Shown here: piece after piece, positions 12,613 through 29,317 of the stretch
Layout of the letters: each line of letters starts with the position of its first letter
Position numbering within the stretch: position 1 is the stretch's first letter
Assembly (NCBI GenBank): GCA_951406725.2
Contig: OX597823.1
Coordinates: 60,760,001-60,824,000, forward strand
From: Octopus vulgaris
Lineage: Eukaryota
Direction of reading: 5' to 3'
Length of the DNA: 64,000 nucleotides
Program-made: the position numbers and the translations under genes
The notes under the pieces: generated by a model
Databases searched by the model: none
What the model saw: the letters and a program-made list of their open reading frames with translations, nothing else
Told to the model about the DNA's origin: nothing

Positions 12613-13239
12613 AGTCGACAGGATAAAGTTGCTTTATATGCTTTATAGTATAGAGTACCGTATATACTTATAAACCCATACCGTTATGCCTGATTTTATG
12701 CCTGATTTTATCACAGTATGTGAATGTGATGCTTCTTAAAAAGTTACATAGTGAGAGCTACCCTGTCCTTTCCTCATAGGAAAATTATTTTGTACTTAAT
12801 GAAAATGAAAGTAATTCCTGTTAGTTCCATGTTAACTTACTGTGTTAGCGGTTTCAATTAATTTTGAAAAATCCTTTATTATTGTATTTTGTGAAAAAAC
12901 AAAAAATACTCATTATTCAACCTTTATTCTTCTGGGAGTGCATAAAGGTAAGTGCCAGTCCAGTTCTGGGCCCCATGTAATCAATTACATTCTTCTCTCA
13001 AATCTTGGGCATTGTGCCTTTGTTAGAAATGTTCCGGGCGGTGCATCGGAAGAATCAGTAAAGTCTTAGACTAGATACCTTCTGGTGTTCCTTGTTTCTC
13101 TCTGCTTTCTGAATCCAGATCGCACCAAGGTCAACCTTGTTTTTCGTCCACCCTCTTCCTTACCCATAAAATAAATACTTGCACTGTACTGGGGGCCAAT
13201 TTAATTGACTAATCCCTACCCCAAATTTCAGACCGACAT

Positions 13240-13585
13240 GCTTTGGAAGTTTGCTTCACAACCACATGATTTGGAGTTAATTGCTTCTGTATGGTACTTT
13301 AAGCTTGTATTTTCTACAATAACTCCAGGCTGGCCAAAAGAGCTAAAAGAATCATGTCGTGTATGTGTGTGTACACCTATGTATAACTAAGCATCACCTT
13401 CAGACAAGTGGTATTGTTTGTTTCCACCAAAAACATAACAGGCAATGGGGAAATTGTTACTGTGCTTTGTCAAACAGGTGAGGACTGGCAACAGGAAGGG
13501 CATCTGGTTATAGAAAATCTGCTTCAACAAATTCCATCTGATGCATGCAAGCATGGAATAGAGGGCATTAAAACAACAACAGCAA

Positions 13586-13634
<49 letters not shown>

Positions 13635-13700
13635 GTTGTTGTTATCATCATCGTCATCATCATCATCATCATCATCATCATTATTATTGTAATTATTATG
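13240..13700 (+). mobile_element. SINE with family A head and alternative Meta-like 3' module (family B), followed by (TTA)n(TCA)n
   Basis: gtttgcttcacaaccacatg head; ggcaatggggaaattgttac...ggcaacaggaagggcatctgg...catgcaagcatggaa tail; trinucleotide runs 13588-13700. Confidence 0.65.
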
Positions 13701-13703
13701 ATG

Positions 13704-13932
13704 AAAGTGGTGAGCTGGCAGAATCATTAGCACGCCAGGTAAACATGCTTAACAGCATTTTGTCTGTCATTACGTTCTGAGTTCAAATTCTGCCGAAGTT
13801 GACGTCACCTTTCATCCTTTTGGGGTTAATAAATTAAGCACCAGTGAAACACTAGGGTCAATATAATCGACTAGTCCTCTCCTCCAAAATTTAAGGCCTT
13901 GTGCTTATAGTAGAAAGCATTATTATTATTAT
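13704..13932 (+). mobile_element. tRNA-headed SINE with Nin/Deu-like domain
   Basis: ggtgagctggcagaatc head, gagttcaaattc B box, cctttcatccttttggggttaataaattaagcaccag central domain, (TTA)n tail. Confidence 0.8.
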
Positions 13933-15044
13933 TAATCATTCATTCACTCATTCCAAGATTTAAGTGAACTAAAAAGCATTTTCTGCTCAGCTTAGCATTT
14001 TCCTCTGAAATTTAATAATTCGATTGTAACTGCTTCATAAACTGTTTAATTTAAACTTAATGACTATTCATTACTTTGCATGTTATCATTTCTTTAGTGC
14101 TAGAGAAAATCAATTATAAAAATTTGAGATTTCCTAACTTTTTAATAAAGCCAAATAGTTTTCTAGGTGATTAAAGAAGGCAATAAAATAAATCAAGTTC
14201 AAAGTTTAACCTATGTTTTGAATGTTTAAAACTGTCATTGAAATAGTTTTAACTGTTCATATAACAGTGAAAGTAATAATGTCCGTATAGTTTTAATTTT
14301 GAGAACAGCCTAATGGTCTGTTACCTTTTAGAAGAGTATTATTATTATTATCTTTAAAATATCATTCTATTTCTTGTAAGGTACACATACAGTCCAGCCA
14401 AAATATATGCTCTGTTACATTCACTGTGTAATCATTTCTTTTACCATTGATTTTTATATAAAAATGTTCCAATTTTAAACCTCTGTTTTCTTGACGTGTT
14501 TCCAATATCAGCTTATTATTATTGTTTTTTTTTTTATATATTTTATTCTATTTATCCCGCATAAATTTTTGATATTTTAAAATAGATATTCTATTACTTG
14601 TAATCAGATAATTTGGCAGCAATTATTTTTTTATTTGTATATTTTCAGAAAATAGTTTTCTGTTTGTTTTTTTCATTTTTTTTGTTTCATTTTCATTTTT
14701 ATTTACAAAGTCAGGGCTAATAAGTTGGTGATCATTAACTGTATTAATTTGACTTAATACAGAATAATTTGTGATTGTGTTTCTACAGACTCAAATTTAA
14801 ATTTAAAATTGTAATTTTCCAACATACAAATTAATAATTATGTATCTGCTGTATGTTTTTTCAGTCATCGAATGATTTAATAAGTTCTGCACAACATAAA
14901 GTTATGTTTCTCTTAACTCTGAAGGAATATGTGTGTGTGTTTGTATGCGTGTATGCATGCTAGTCTGTGTGCATGCAGAGACATAATGAATAATACAGCT
15001 GTTAGATGATAATGTAGAAGGTGTGTATATATGTAAACATATAT

Positions 15045-17730
<2,686 letters not shown>

Positions 17731-18901
17731 GCGTATATTGAATTTCGTAAATTATTGCATTTGTTTAGGAGTTTTCTTGTCCCTGAAACTGAAACTATGA
17801 TACCTAGTTGAGCCCCTATTTTTTGTTTTCATATATTAATATGAAGATTTTCACTCAGCTTTCTCTTTAACTCATAAAATATCAGCTCCCACATTTTGCT
17901 GATGACTGCATTTACATTTATTTGTCTCTGTTTTTATCATTGTGATCTCCTGTCCTGAATTTACAAATATATAAATAATAATAATAATAAATTTAAATGG
18001 GAATGCATTATCTAACTCTAACAAGGTATAAAAGGGCTCATGTTAAATGCTTTGTTTTTTTTTATTAACTTTACACTTCATTAGTTAGATTAAGTTAAAA
18101 TTTGGTTTTAGAAATTTAGAGTGAAATTCCTCCCCAGTGTTAAATGCGTCTGCTTTGCAGTATCTTGCTTTCTGTATTCTATACTAAAAAAAAAAAAAAG
18201 AAAAAAAAGAGAGAAAAAAGCAATTAAAAGTTAATTATTGATGACTATCAATGATACTTAATTTGTTTTTGTTTTATTTCTGTAACATTTATCGAGACTG
18301 TTTATTTGAAATTGAAAGGCAGTAAACTAATAAAATATATAAATTTGAAGTTGGTTTATAGTTTAATGGTCATAAGTCATTTGATAATAATCAGTACTGA
18401 TATCTAATTTTATTTAATAATTTCCAGTGATATGAAATCTGACATAAATATTTCAGTCTTTGATAGTGAAGAATTTATGTAAATATCTAAATCAGACATT
18501 ACTAGCCTTTAAAATGTTGATATTTAACTTGTAAATTGTCAAACAATTGTTGCTAATTTAATTCAGCATAGTTTCTTTGAAATAGCTGCACATCTCTTAT
18601 AAAAAGAATTTTGTCATTTTTATCCTGGTTATTTTCCATTTATTTCCTATTTCATTGTAGTCTATAAACATATACTTACATTTACATCATTCAAACAAAG
18701 GAATTTTATCTATGTGCAACTTTCATTGGTCCTGTCTCTTTCACACATCCGAACACACATACACAGTTTAAAAGCTTTATCTACCAATCAACCATTCCTG
18801 AATCAGCAATTTATCTGAAAGTTTTAACATTCCACATCAAACAGAGGTAAAGTTAAGAAAGCTACTCGAAATCTTTGCATTTCAAATTGTCATTTTTCAA
18901 G

Positions 18902-18937
18902 GTACCAGGAGATTATTGTTGCTCTTGAGTTTTTGTG
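18902..18937 (+). CDS. Candidate 36-nt frame-preserving microexon
   Basis: tgtcatttttcaAG acceptor, GTG|GTAAGA donor; open as xYQEIIVALEFLx (also open as TRRLLLLLSFC). Confidence 0.3.
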
Positions 18938-19831
18938 GTAAGATTAATTAGTTTCACTTTTATTTCATAGTATTTAAGTACATTGGCATTTCATTATACC
19001 TCATCACCTGCCATATACAGACACAGAAGCAAACACACACACACACACACTCTCTCTCTCTCTCCCTCAAACACACATACACATATATACACACAATTGT
19101 ATATGTGTGTATATATTTGTATATACATGTGTGTGTGCATATATGTGTGTGTGTATGTATCTTTGCATATGTATTTATATATACACACACATATATACAT
19201 GTTTGTGTATATATATATATATATTTCTATGATTTTTTAATGTACAAATTGTTTTCCATTCTCCCATTTTGTTTATATATATACTCTCTGTCTTTCTATT
19301 CTGTTCCTCTCTCTCTCTCTCTCTCTCTCTCTTTTCCTCCCTTTCTCTTCTTCTGTTTCTTTCTTTTCTTTGTCTCTCCCTCTCACTCATTGAACATCTA
19401 TCCATATTGTGTTAATCTTTGAATGTTATTTTGTTATTGCTTATAGCTCCCTCCTCTTAGATAACAGTTTAATTTAAATGACAATACTAAATAATGGGAG
19501 GAATGAAAAAAAAAAATTGATGAAGAAAATCAAATTCTTTTGTAGTAAAGTTATCAGATATTTTCTTTCTTTGTTTCTTTCACTACTATTTCTTAAGTTA
19601 GTAAAGTTATGAATATGTATTTTCACTTAGCTCAGGTTTGTTTCTATTAGTTAAAATATTTTCGAATAAAAATATATTTCACTTAGCTTTTAGTGGTGAC
19701 TTATAATTAAGATATTCATATAAGCTTGATGCATTATCCTGTGAGCTGTCATAGGTTGCTTATAGTTTCAGAACTGCTATGCAGTCCTACTAATGTCAAG
19801 CACAGGGAGTGCATTCATTTCTATGTCTTAG

Positions 19832-20160
19832 CTTCCTCCTCCTCATTCACACTGTCCTCCTCTTCTCCGTCGTAGCCAACTACCAGCATCTTCATCACCA
19901 CCGCTACTACCGGCTTTAGCATACAAGTTGTCCATAAACGGTGGACTACCTATATATCCCACTTGCACACACAACTACTAGTACCATAGTGGAGACAACA
20001 ACTGTCTTATCTCTGCCTTGGTTATTGGTATCTGTGGATTTGCATAGATTCCACCTCCGCAGCCTGCTTGGTATCTATTGATTGCAGATTGTTGACATGC
20101 TCAGACTGGTAGAACTGGCGATGGATGGCTACTGTAGTTAATTCTGTTCTTCACCTTCAT
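19832..20160 (+). other. Candidate exon (GC-elevated, non-repetitive) of an unidentified gene
   Basis: tttctatgtcttAG acceptor at 19830-31 and CAT|GTAAGT donor at 20161; GC-richer than the flanks; contains either a coding end (TAG 19917-19) or a start ATG 20125 (MATVVNSVLHLH, phase 0). Confidence 0.4.
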
Positions 20161-21833
20161 GTAAGTAATACAAAAGGTTTAGCTGAATGTTATCACTTTA
20201 CACTTGCAAACAAATTTAATGAAATTTCTAAAATATATGTTCTCTCTTCATTTCTGCTCTGTTTTACTTACGTTGTCACGTTAACTACTACGACCACTAA
20301 GTTTGTTTCATTTTTGGATAACTTGTAAACTTTTAACATAAACTTGTTTCGTTTTGCATTCTCTCTTGTTATTATTATAAATGATATATATATATATATA
20401 TAAATACATGAAGATATGTTTTCTATAGCAAAGCTAGTTTTAGTTTTTGATTTAATCGACAAGAACCAAATCTTTATAAACAAACATTTACACTCTTTTA
20501 TTTCCATTGTGGAACTTTCTCTTTTATTTGTTTTTTTATTTCTCTACTTATTCACTCTTTTATGCACTGCTTCTTTTTAAAGTGGCAATGAAATAATTTA
20601 GGAAGTTTCATAGAATATCATTTGTAAATTTTGATATTCTAGTCCAGCTATAAACTTGTCCGTGAGATTTTTGTAATTTCTATAAACTTTTTAATGATGA
20701 AATGAACCCGTATTTTTAGTGTTAGTAACCCTGAGTATATATATCACCATCATATGGTCATAACTAATTTAATGTAAAGTAATTCTAGATAAAATAGCAT
20801 TAGTTGATTGACTAAATGTGATAAGTCGAAAATGTAAAAAAACAAAACAAAGAAAAATGCTGTCATGATGTAAATTTTTCATTTTCTGTTTAACTTATTT
20901 TTAATAACTTCAAATATTATTGTAGTTTTTTCTCTCTGGTAGTATTTTCATATACATATATATAGAATATTTGTTCAGTGAATGTTTTCTATCATAATTT
21001 TTGATAATTTTTACTTTTAAAACTTAACTTCTGAGAACAAATAGTGCTATAATAGTTATCTGAAACTCTCTTCTGTCAAAATTTATTTATTTATTTATCA
21101 TGTTATGGCATGTGTTGAATCCACATGCCTGTACATAACTGTTAGTGCATGCGTATTGAGTGACTGTGCATACATGCTTATCTAATTGTTTACAAATAAA
21201 ACTATGTGTGCGTAATATATATGTATCGGAATAGAGGTATGTTTTTAAAAAATTGAATAAGGGTGTTTTTTTTCGTATGTGTCACAGTAGGGGAAAATTG
21301 AGTCAATGTGAATTTTAAGCATGTCCAGTAAATCTCAACATGTGTTGGATGTATGATGTTTCGGAAGTCAATCTAGATGATGTACAGTATATGAAAGATT
21401 TTACTTTTCATCTGGCAGTTTTAAAAAATATTAAGCATTTTTGTATATCATAAAAAGTGTGTCTGTGTGTGTGTGTGGGGGGCACTGTGGATTATTAATG
21501 TGGGGGCACTGTATATTTGTATGTGTGGAAACATTGTATGTATGTGTGTGTGTTGGGGGGGACACTATGTGTGTGTGTGTGGGGGCACTGTTTGTGTGTG
21601 TGTGGGATATTGTATGCTGTGTATTAGATGTAATATATATGCATGTGTGTATGCATTTTGTTTGCGGAAAAAGTCTTTAATACATGTGGTAATATATAAT
21701 TATTTTTTGTAAGAGCCAGTATTTCCTTATATCACCACTCAGAGTTTCATATTTTCATATTCCGTCCTTCTAGCATGTTAGGTGTCCTATCAGGGCACCT
21801 CTTATGTGTTTAAATGTACACTTATCTTATATA

Positions 21834-21876
<43 letters not shown>

Positions 21877-24400
21877 AAAGGTTTTCATTAGAAGTGTGTA
21901 AATAGATATGTTCATACCATTTTGTTACATATAGTAATGTAAAGCTCTTTGGTATTGCTACTTTCGGTTTTATAAGCTGATAGTCCAACTGCAAGTTTTA
22001 CAAACTCTTTATTTTACATGTTATGGTATTTGCCCTACCACTTGTTCAGCTGACAACACAAAAAAATTATGGAGAAAAATATTCACTTTGTAACTTATAC
22101 TTCATCAATGTTCTTATTGTGGCTTATTTATTGGTGAAATTGATCCTTTTATAGGAGAAGCCGATATCTAGCTAAATGACAAAGTTCTTCGAAACAACTG
22201 TGGAGTCACATGTTGAGCCTCAAAAGTTATATAGGTGTGTGTACCACACCTCTCTATATAAATTCTTGATTAGGGTACACATAACTGTGAAGGCATTTCC
22301 TACAAATAAAACCAAATGAAGTGATGCTAACCACATTTTTGTAATTCGCTGGATACTGTCATTTGTAATCTTCTGTTGATAAAAACTTCCAACTTGAGAA
22401 ATGATATGTTGAACATTTGTAAAGCAATCCCTCTTAAATATATTTCTTCAAAAGTTTGAAAAGTCTCTCCAAAGACTTAAAATATATGTTATGTTGAACA
22501 CTATAAGAAAAAAAATATTTTTATGTCTTTTAAACCAATCTTATGTGTAGTTAATACTTTCTCTGATTCCTAAATATTTGGGGGTTTTGATGTTTGTTTT
22601 TAAGTTAAGGTAGGATTTGTATAAGAATGTAATAGAATTAGACAGAAACGTTTCTTAATATTTTCTTAATATCTTGAGGATTCTACGAGTCTAGGTCTGA
22701 AGTTTCGTTTTTTTTAAATGTTTTTTGGAATCAAATTCCATATATTTATTGGAAATGTAACACAATATCACAGTATATAATACTTGTATGAATGTCTACA
22801 GTTTTACTACCTATTTTATTCATGTTTGTTATCCAAGATTTTCAAGCTTTTCAGCAATATTTTCCTCATTTTTAATTAAAGAATATAGTCCCAGATTTTC
22901 TGTTCTGTAACGAAAAAAATAAAAAAATAAATGAATGCGAAAAATATTTGCAAAATTAAAAAAGAAAAAAAAAATCAAATTTGTTAAAATTTATCGTAAA
23001 ATAGTGGTGCCCAGCATAACCACTGCTTGAAACTTGGAACTAAGAAAGAAAAAAAAAAAAGAAAATAACAAAAAAGAACAAAAAGTAAAAAAGATTAACT
23101 AGTGAAAATAAAAGAGTAATGAAAAAAGTAAAAATATATACCTTGAAAAATAAAATATTGTTTAAATGAGAAATATTATCCGGTAAGTAGCTTATATTCT
23201 TTTTCTATATTTTCTGTCCGTATAACATTTACTAGTTAAGATTTTCAAATCTATATACTGTCATGTAAAAAAAAAAGGCATAAAAAAGAAATGTTTTCCC
23301 CAATTTAAAAAAAGTTTCATGTATGTCTATATTATATTTGTATATACCCCCTTTTTTTTAAACATGTAATCACGTAATATGTTCTAAAAAAAAATTGGTT
23401 TTTAATGGTTACTTACAATATTTTAAGTTATAGAATTAAGTTAAACTTTCAGTAACGATGTATAACTGATTAAGGACACTCTACTCAGTCGTCATATAGC
23501 AACAGTCACATAATTTTTATTACTTAAAATGAAAATTATTCAAAACTACGTATATTTCTATCTGTCTGTATTCAGAAACACATACATACAAGTATGCATG
23601 ACTGTATATAATCATGCAGCTGTTTAATGATATTGGACTGGGTTACTTTTGTATCTCTGTATCTATCAATGTATCTATCTATCTGTCAGTCTGTCTGTCT
23701 GTCTATCAGGCTGTGTGTACGAGTGTGCGTGCATGTGTATGTGTATAAAATGCCTCTACAGAAACCCATTTGTACATGAATCTATCTTTATCTAGCTGTA
23801 TCTTTATGCATGTGTTCTATGAGTCGTGCTGTATTAAGTGTGCATACTTCAATTATGTGTGTCCTGTTCACGTGCGTGCACGATACCGGTATTTTCATGC
23901 ATTTGATTTTATTGGTATTTTTTTCAGTTTGTGTACATGCATACATATATGAGAGTGACTGTATATACATATGTATGTAACATACACATACATAGAAATA
24001 TTTAAACAAGTGTATATATATGTATATGTATATATATATATTTATACACTTGTGTAGCTGTAAGTTTACATTTATATATATATACATATGTAAATGTGAT
24101 TTTAATTTATACATTGAATGTTTTTAGTTAAAATGACTTCATCATATGAGAAATTGATATTAAGGTGACACTTTTCTGTGGTAGTGCAAAATAATTTAGT
24201 TCAAAGTGATAGTATTAATTGGGGAAATTTGAATTTTAGTGGGTTTTTTTTTTGTTTTCTGCATTCAATGTAGCCCCAAGTTTATACTTACACATTTAAT
24301 GATATATGTATCTTCACACATGCACACACACACATGCATGTATATGTTTGTGTTTGTGTATATATATGTATGTATATATATATATGTATATATATATATG

Positions 24401-24436
<36 letters not shown>

Positions 24437-24568
24437 TTTATATATGTATATAGGCATATATGTATGGACTTATGTGTGTATATATAAGTGTATATATATG
24501 TGTGTGTGTATATATATATGTATATGTATATACAAATTAAAATTCAGATAATGGAGAAGTAGCACTAA

Positions 24569-24603
<35 letters not shown>

Positions 24604-24677
24604 ATATATGTATATATATGTATATGTATATATTGTATATATATGTGTATGTGTATGTATGTGAGTGTGCATGTATG

Positions 24678-24725
<48 letters not shown>

Positions 24726-25021
24726 TGTGTGTCTAAGTATATTTATGTGTATACATATATATATAAGCTTGTATGTTTATATATATAAATGCATATAAAT
24801 ATGTATGTGTATGTGTGCATATGTGTGTGTGTGTATATATATATATATTTATATATATGTAGTTGATATATTATATATCCGAAAAAGAAGCACACTCCAA
24901 AGTATAGAGCAGTAATGTGTTTATATGCAGTTATGTCTATATCTGGTCATAGAGTGACATCCATAAGGGACCTGGCCTCACAGATGGCACTTCAAACTCT
25001 AAAGCCAAAGACTTTTGGCTT

Positions 25022-25085
25022 TAGTGTCTGATGAGATGTCAATGGGGCTAAGCCCTTCATTGATGCAAAACCATAGGTGACTCTA
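25022..25085 (+). ncRNA. Decayed type I hammerhead ribozyme motif, plus-strand half of an inverted dimer (24922-25113)
   Basis: tagtgt-CTGATGA-gatgtcaatg gggct a agccc tt cattgatgc-AAAA-cc ata gg-TG-actcta; stem I 5/6 pairs, long stem II, GAAA box reads AAAA, triplet GUG. Confidence 0.7.
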
Positions 25086-25108
25086 TGACCAGTCATAGAC
25101 TTAATTGC

Positions 25109-25141
<33 letters not shown>

Positions 25142-25333
25142 CATATATATATACATATATATATATATATACGTACATACATATATACATATATATATAT
25201 ACACACACACATATACATACTTATATATATATATACATACATACATACATATATATATATATACACACATACACACACACACATATATATGCATATATAT
25301 GAGTGTGTATGTATATGTGTTTAAAATATATAC

Positions 25334-25377
<44 letters not shown>

Positions 25378-25432
25378 GTGTGTATATATATATATATATG
25401 TATATGTATATATCTATATATATACATACACT

Positions 25433-25476
<44 letters not shown>

Positions 25477-25499
25477 AAGAGATAGAGAGATGAGCTGAG

Positions 25500-25885
25500 A
25501 AGACACTGCGTAATTGAGAAATTTGCTCCCCAACCACATGTTTTTAGGTTCAGCTCCACTTGGGCATATATATCTTCTACTTTGACTCCAGGACAACCAA
25601 AGTACTGGGAGTGAATTTGGTGTTGGAAACTGAAAGAAGCCCATTGTATGCTTGTCTTTTCATTGCATGATCATTGTAGAGATGTGTTACTGTCATACAA
25701 GTTGTATCATTCGTTTCTGAGAGTGGGAAAGCATTTGTAGCCGCAGTAAAATATTCCCTTACTTGGGAGCAAATGAGGGTTGACAACAGGAAGGGCATGC
25801 GACCTTAGAAAATCTTCTTTATCAAACCCTACCTGATCCATGCAATCATAGAGAAGTGATGTTAAAATGAGGATGATGATGATAT
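25500..25885 (+). mobile_element. Family B SINE (A head plus Meta-like module)
   Basis: tttgctccccaaccacatg...ggaaactgaaagaagccc then gacaacaggaagggcatgcg...gatccatgcaatcatagagaagtgatgttaaaatgaggatgatg. Confidence 0.75.
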
Positions 25886-26835
25886 ATGTACATGCATACA
25901 TAAAAAATAAAAATCATCTGTGCAATTATCGCATACCTAACTGTTTTATATACAGCTGGATGGTATATGCATATACATTGTCCAGTATATTACCGGAATG
26001 GATTTGACAATGTATATCACTAGGTGTGTGTGTCCCCATGTAATATAGTAGGATAGGAATTAAGAATTTTAAGAATATTTATGTTATAATATTCGTCATC
26101 TCTTTTAAAAATTGTAGTATCATGTGTGGAATGATTGTAAATATTTTGTAGGTGTATTTGATAAAAAATTTTACTGCTCCTTGTATATGTTATGTAAAAA
26201 TACCTGAACTTTAGTGTTAAATGATAACTAACAAATACTTGTAGCCAATTCTAGGTGTTCTGACACAAGTAAGGATATCCCATTTACTAAGAAACTTTAT
26301 ACTGAAGTTTTGTCTATATCTACATCCTGTAAATTCCTGCATGCATTCATACACAAATCAATGCGTGATGGGGAAATGCAACAGTTATAAGGAGGATATA
26401 TAAAGTGGTTTAGTCCCAGAACATTATTAAGAGTATAGTGGAAATCAGTGGGAAAAATATATGGTAGAGAAGGACGCATCATATCGGTTACAGTGTTACT
26501 TGTAGTAATGAAGAAGGAATCATAATGGTTGGTTTTTACAGTAGCATAAAAACCATATAAAAACATTGGAATTTAAATATGTGTAATTATGAGTGTGTTT
26601 GTGTGTGTGTGTGCGTGTACATATAAATATATATGTATATATATATATATATATGCACATATAGATGCATACACAAATATACACACCCAAATACAACTTA
26701 ATATCTACACACTGTCATACACACATACACTAGTTCACACACAAACACTACACATACACATATGTATATACATAAAACCTCCCAGAAAATGCGCAGTGAT
26801 AAATGTGTATGTGTGTGTGTGTGCCCATGTGTGTG

Positions 26836-26874
<39 letters not shown>

Positions 26875-27173
26875 GTAGTTAGATGTATCTGCATGCATAT
26901 GTGTGTGTGTGGGGTGTAAACAATTACATATGTGTGTGTGTGTGTATATATATATATATGTTCATGTGATAACATATGCATATAAGAATGTGTGTGTCTA
27001 GGCTTCTTAACCATATGTATATAGATATGGTTAATAAACATCATCATCATCATCATAAACATGCCTCTGAAAATCTAGTTTTGGTGTCGGCCCTTTGGAG
27101 CAATGCTGACCAATAGTTTGAGGTAGAAGGATGCTCTGTGGATGTGCATGGGTTAGCGGTCATTGAGTTGGAC

Positions 27174-28100
<927 letters not shown>

Positions 28101-28143
28101 TACATATATATATATGCATATATATATATATATATATATGCAC

Positions 28144-28183
<40 letters not shown>

Positions 28184-28537
28184 CTATCTGTATATATCTA
28201 TATATATGTATATATCTATATGTATTGTGTATATATATATATATGTTATGTATATATATATATATATGTGTGTATATATGCAAATATATATATGTGTGTA
28301 TATATGCATATATCTATGTGTGTGTATGTATATGCATATATGTATGTGTGTATATATATAGATATATGTATGTATGTATATATATATGTATGTATATATA
28401 TATATGTATATATATATAGATATATACACATGTACGCACACATGCTCATATATACATTTATGTATATCTATATATATCTATGTATACATACATACATATG
28501 ACGTATTATGCATATATATATACTTATACATAAAAGG

Positions 28538-28818
28538 TTTAAGGACCCCTTTGGTCATGAATGATCAAGAGATTGCAACTAGAAAGTTCTCCTCAGAGGC
28601 ACAAGTCCGGACAAGGTTGTTAATGGGAGGTTAACAGTCACCCATGCATACCAGCCTCCCTTTTCCATACCACTGATGATCTTCAAATGAAAGGCAAAGG
28701 CCGATATGACTTTGGCACTGCAACTCATTTCTACAGCTGAGTGAACTGGAACAATGTGAAATAAAGTGTCTTGCTTAAGAACACAGCACACAACCTTGTC
28801 CAGGAATCAAATTCACTA
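28538..28818 (-). mobile_element. SINE family C, 5'-truncated
   Basis: Reverse complement of the 55820-56160 copy (gacccctttggtcatgaatga...ctacagctgagtgaactggaacaatgtgaaataaagtgtcttgc). Confidence 0.85.
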
Positions 28819-28978
28819 TATGTATAGATACACACACATAAATAAATAAATAAAAATATATATATATATACACACACTCATAAATAAATATACATATATA
28901 TATATATATACACAAGCATACATATATATATATATAAATATTTGTGTATATATACATACACATTCACGTACACACATA

Positions 28979-29008
<30 letters not shown>

Positions 29009-29009
<1 letters not shown>

Positions 29010-29292
29010 CATCATCATCATCATCATTTAGCGTCCGCTTTCCATGCTAGCATGGGTTGGACCATTCAACTGGAGTCTGTGAAGCCAGAAGGCTGCATCA
29101 GGCCCAGTCTGATCTGGCAGTGTTTCTACGGCTGGATGCCCTTCCTAACGCCAACCACTTCGTGAGTGTAGTGGGTACTTTTTACGTGCCACCCGGAGCT
29201 GGCAAATGGCCACGGACGGATGGTGCTTTTTACGTGCCACCGGCGCGGGGGCCAGGCGAGGCTGGCAATGGCTACGATCGGATGGTGCTTTT
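29009..29292 (-). mobile_element. Meta-like/RTE-tail retroposon end with internal repeats
   Basis: (CAT)n tail, gcgtccgctttccatgctagcatgggttgg, ggctggatgcccttcctaacgcc, repeated ttttacgtgccacc; related copies at 36035-36193 (+), 39030-39322 (+), 47215-47540 (-). Confidence 0.85.
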
Positions 29293-29317
29293 ATATATAC
29301 TCACACACACATACATA

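Noticed and set aside
12947-12955. Consensus donor AAG|GTAAGT
   Set aside because: Lies within a decayed Nin/Deu-like SINE motif (ataaa..aagt.ccag) with no upstream exon.
13408-13733. Poly-Leu/Ser and poly-Asp/Asn ORFs
   Set aside because: (TTA)n(TCA)n trinucleotide runs at a SINE tail.
22155-22233. Possible exon between ttttatAG and gtgtgt
   Set aside because: Stops in all three frames at its start and a weak donor.
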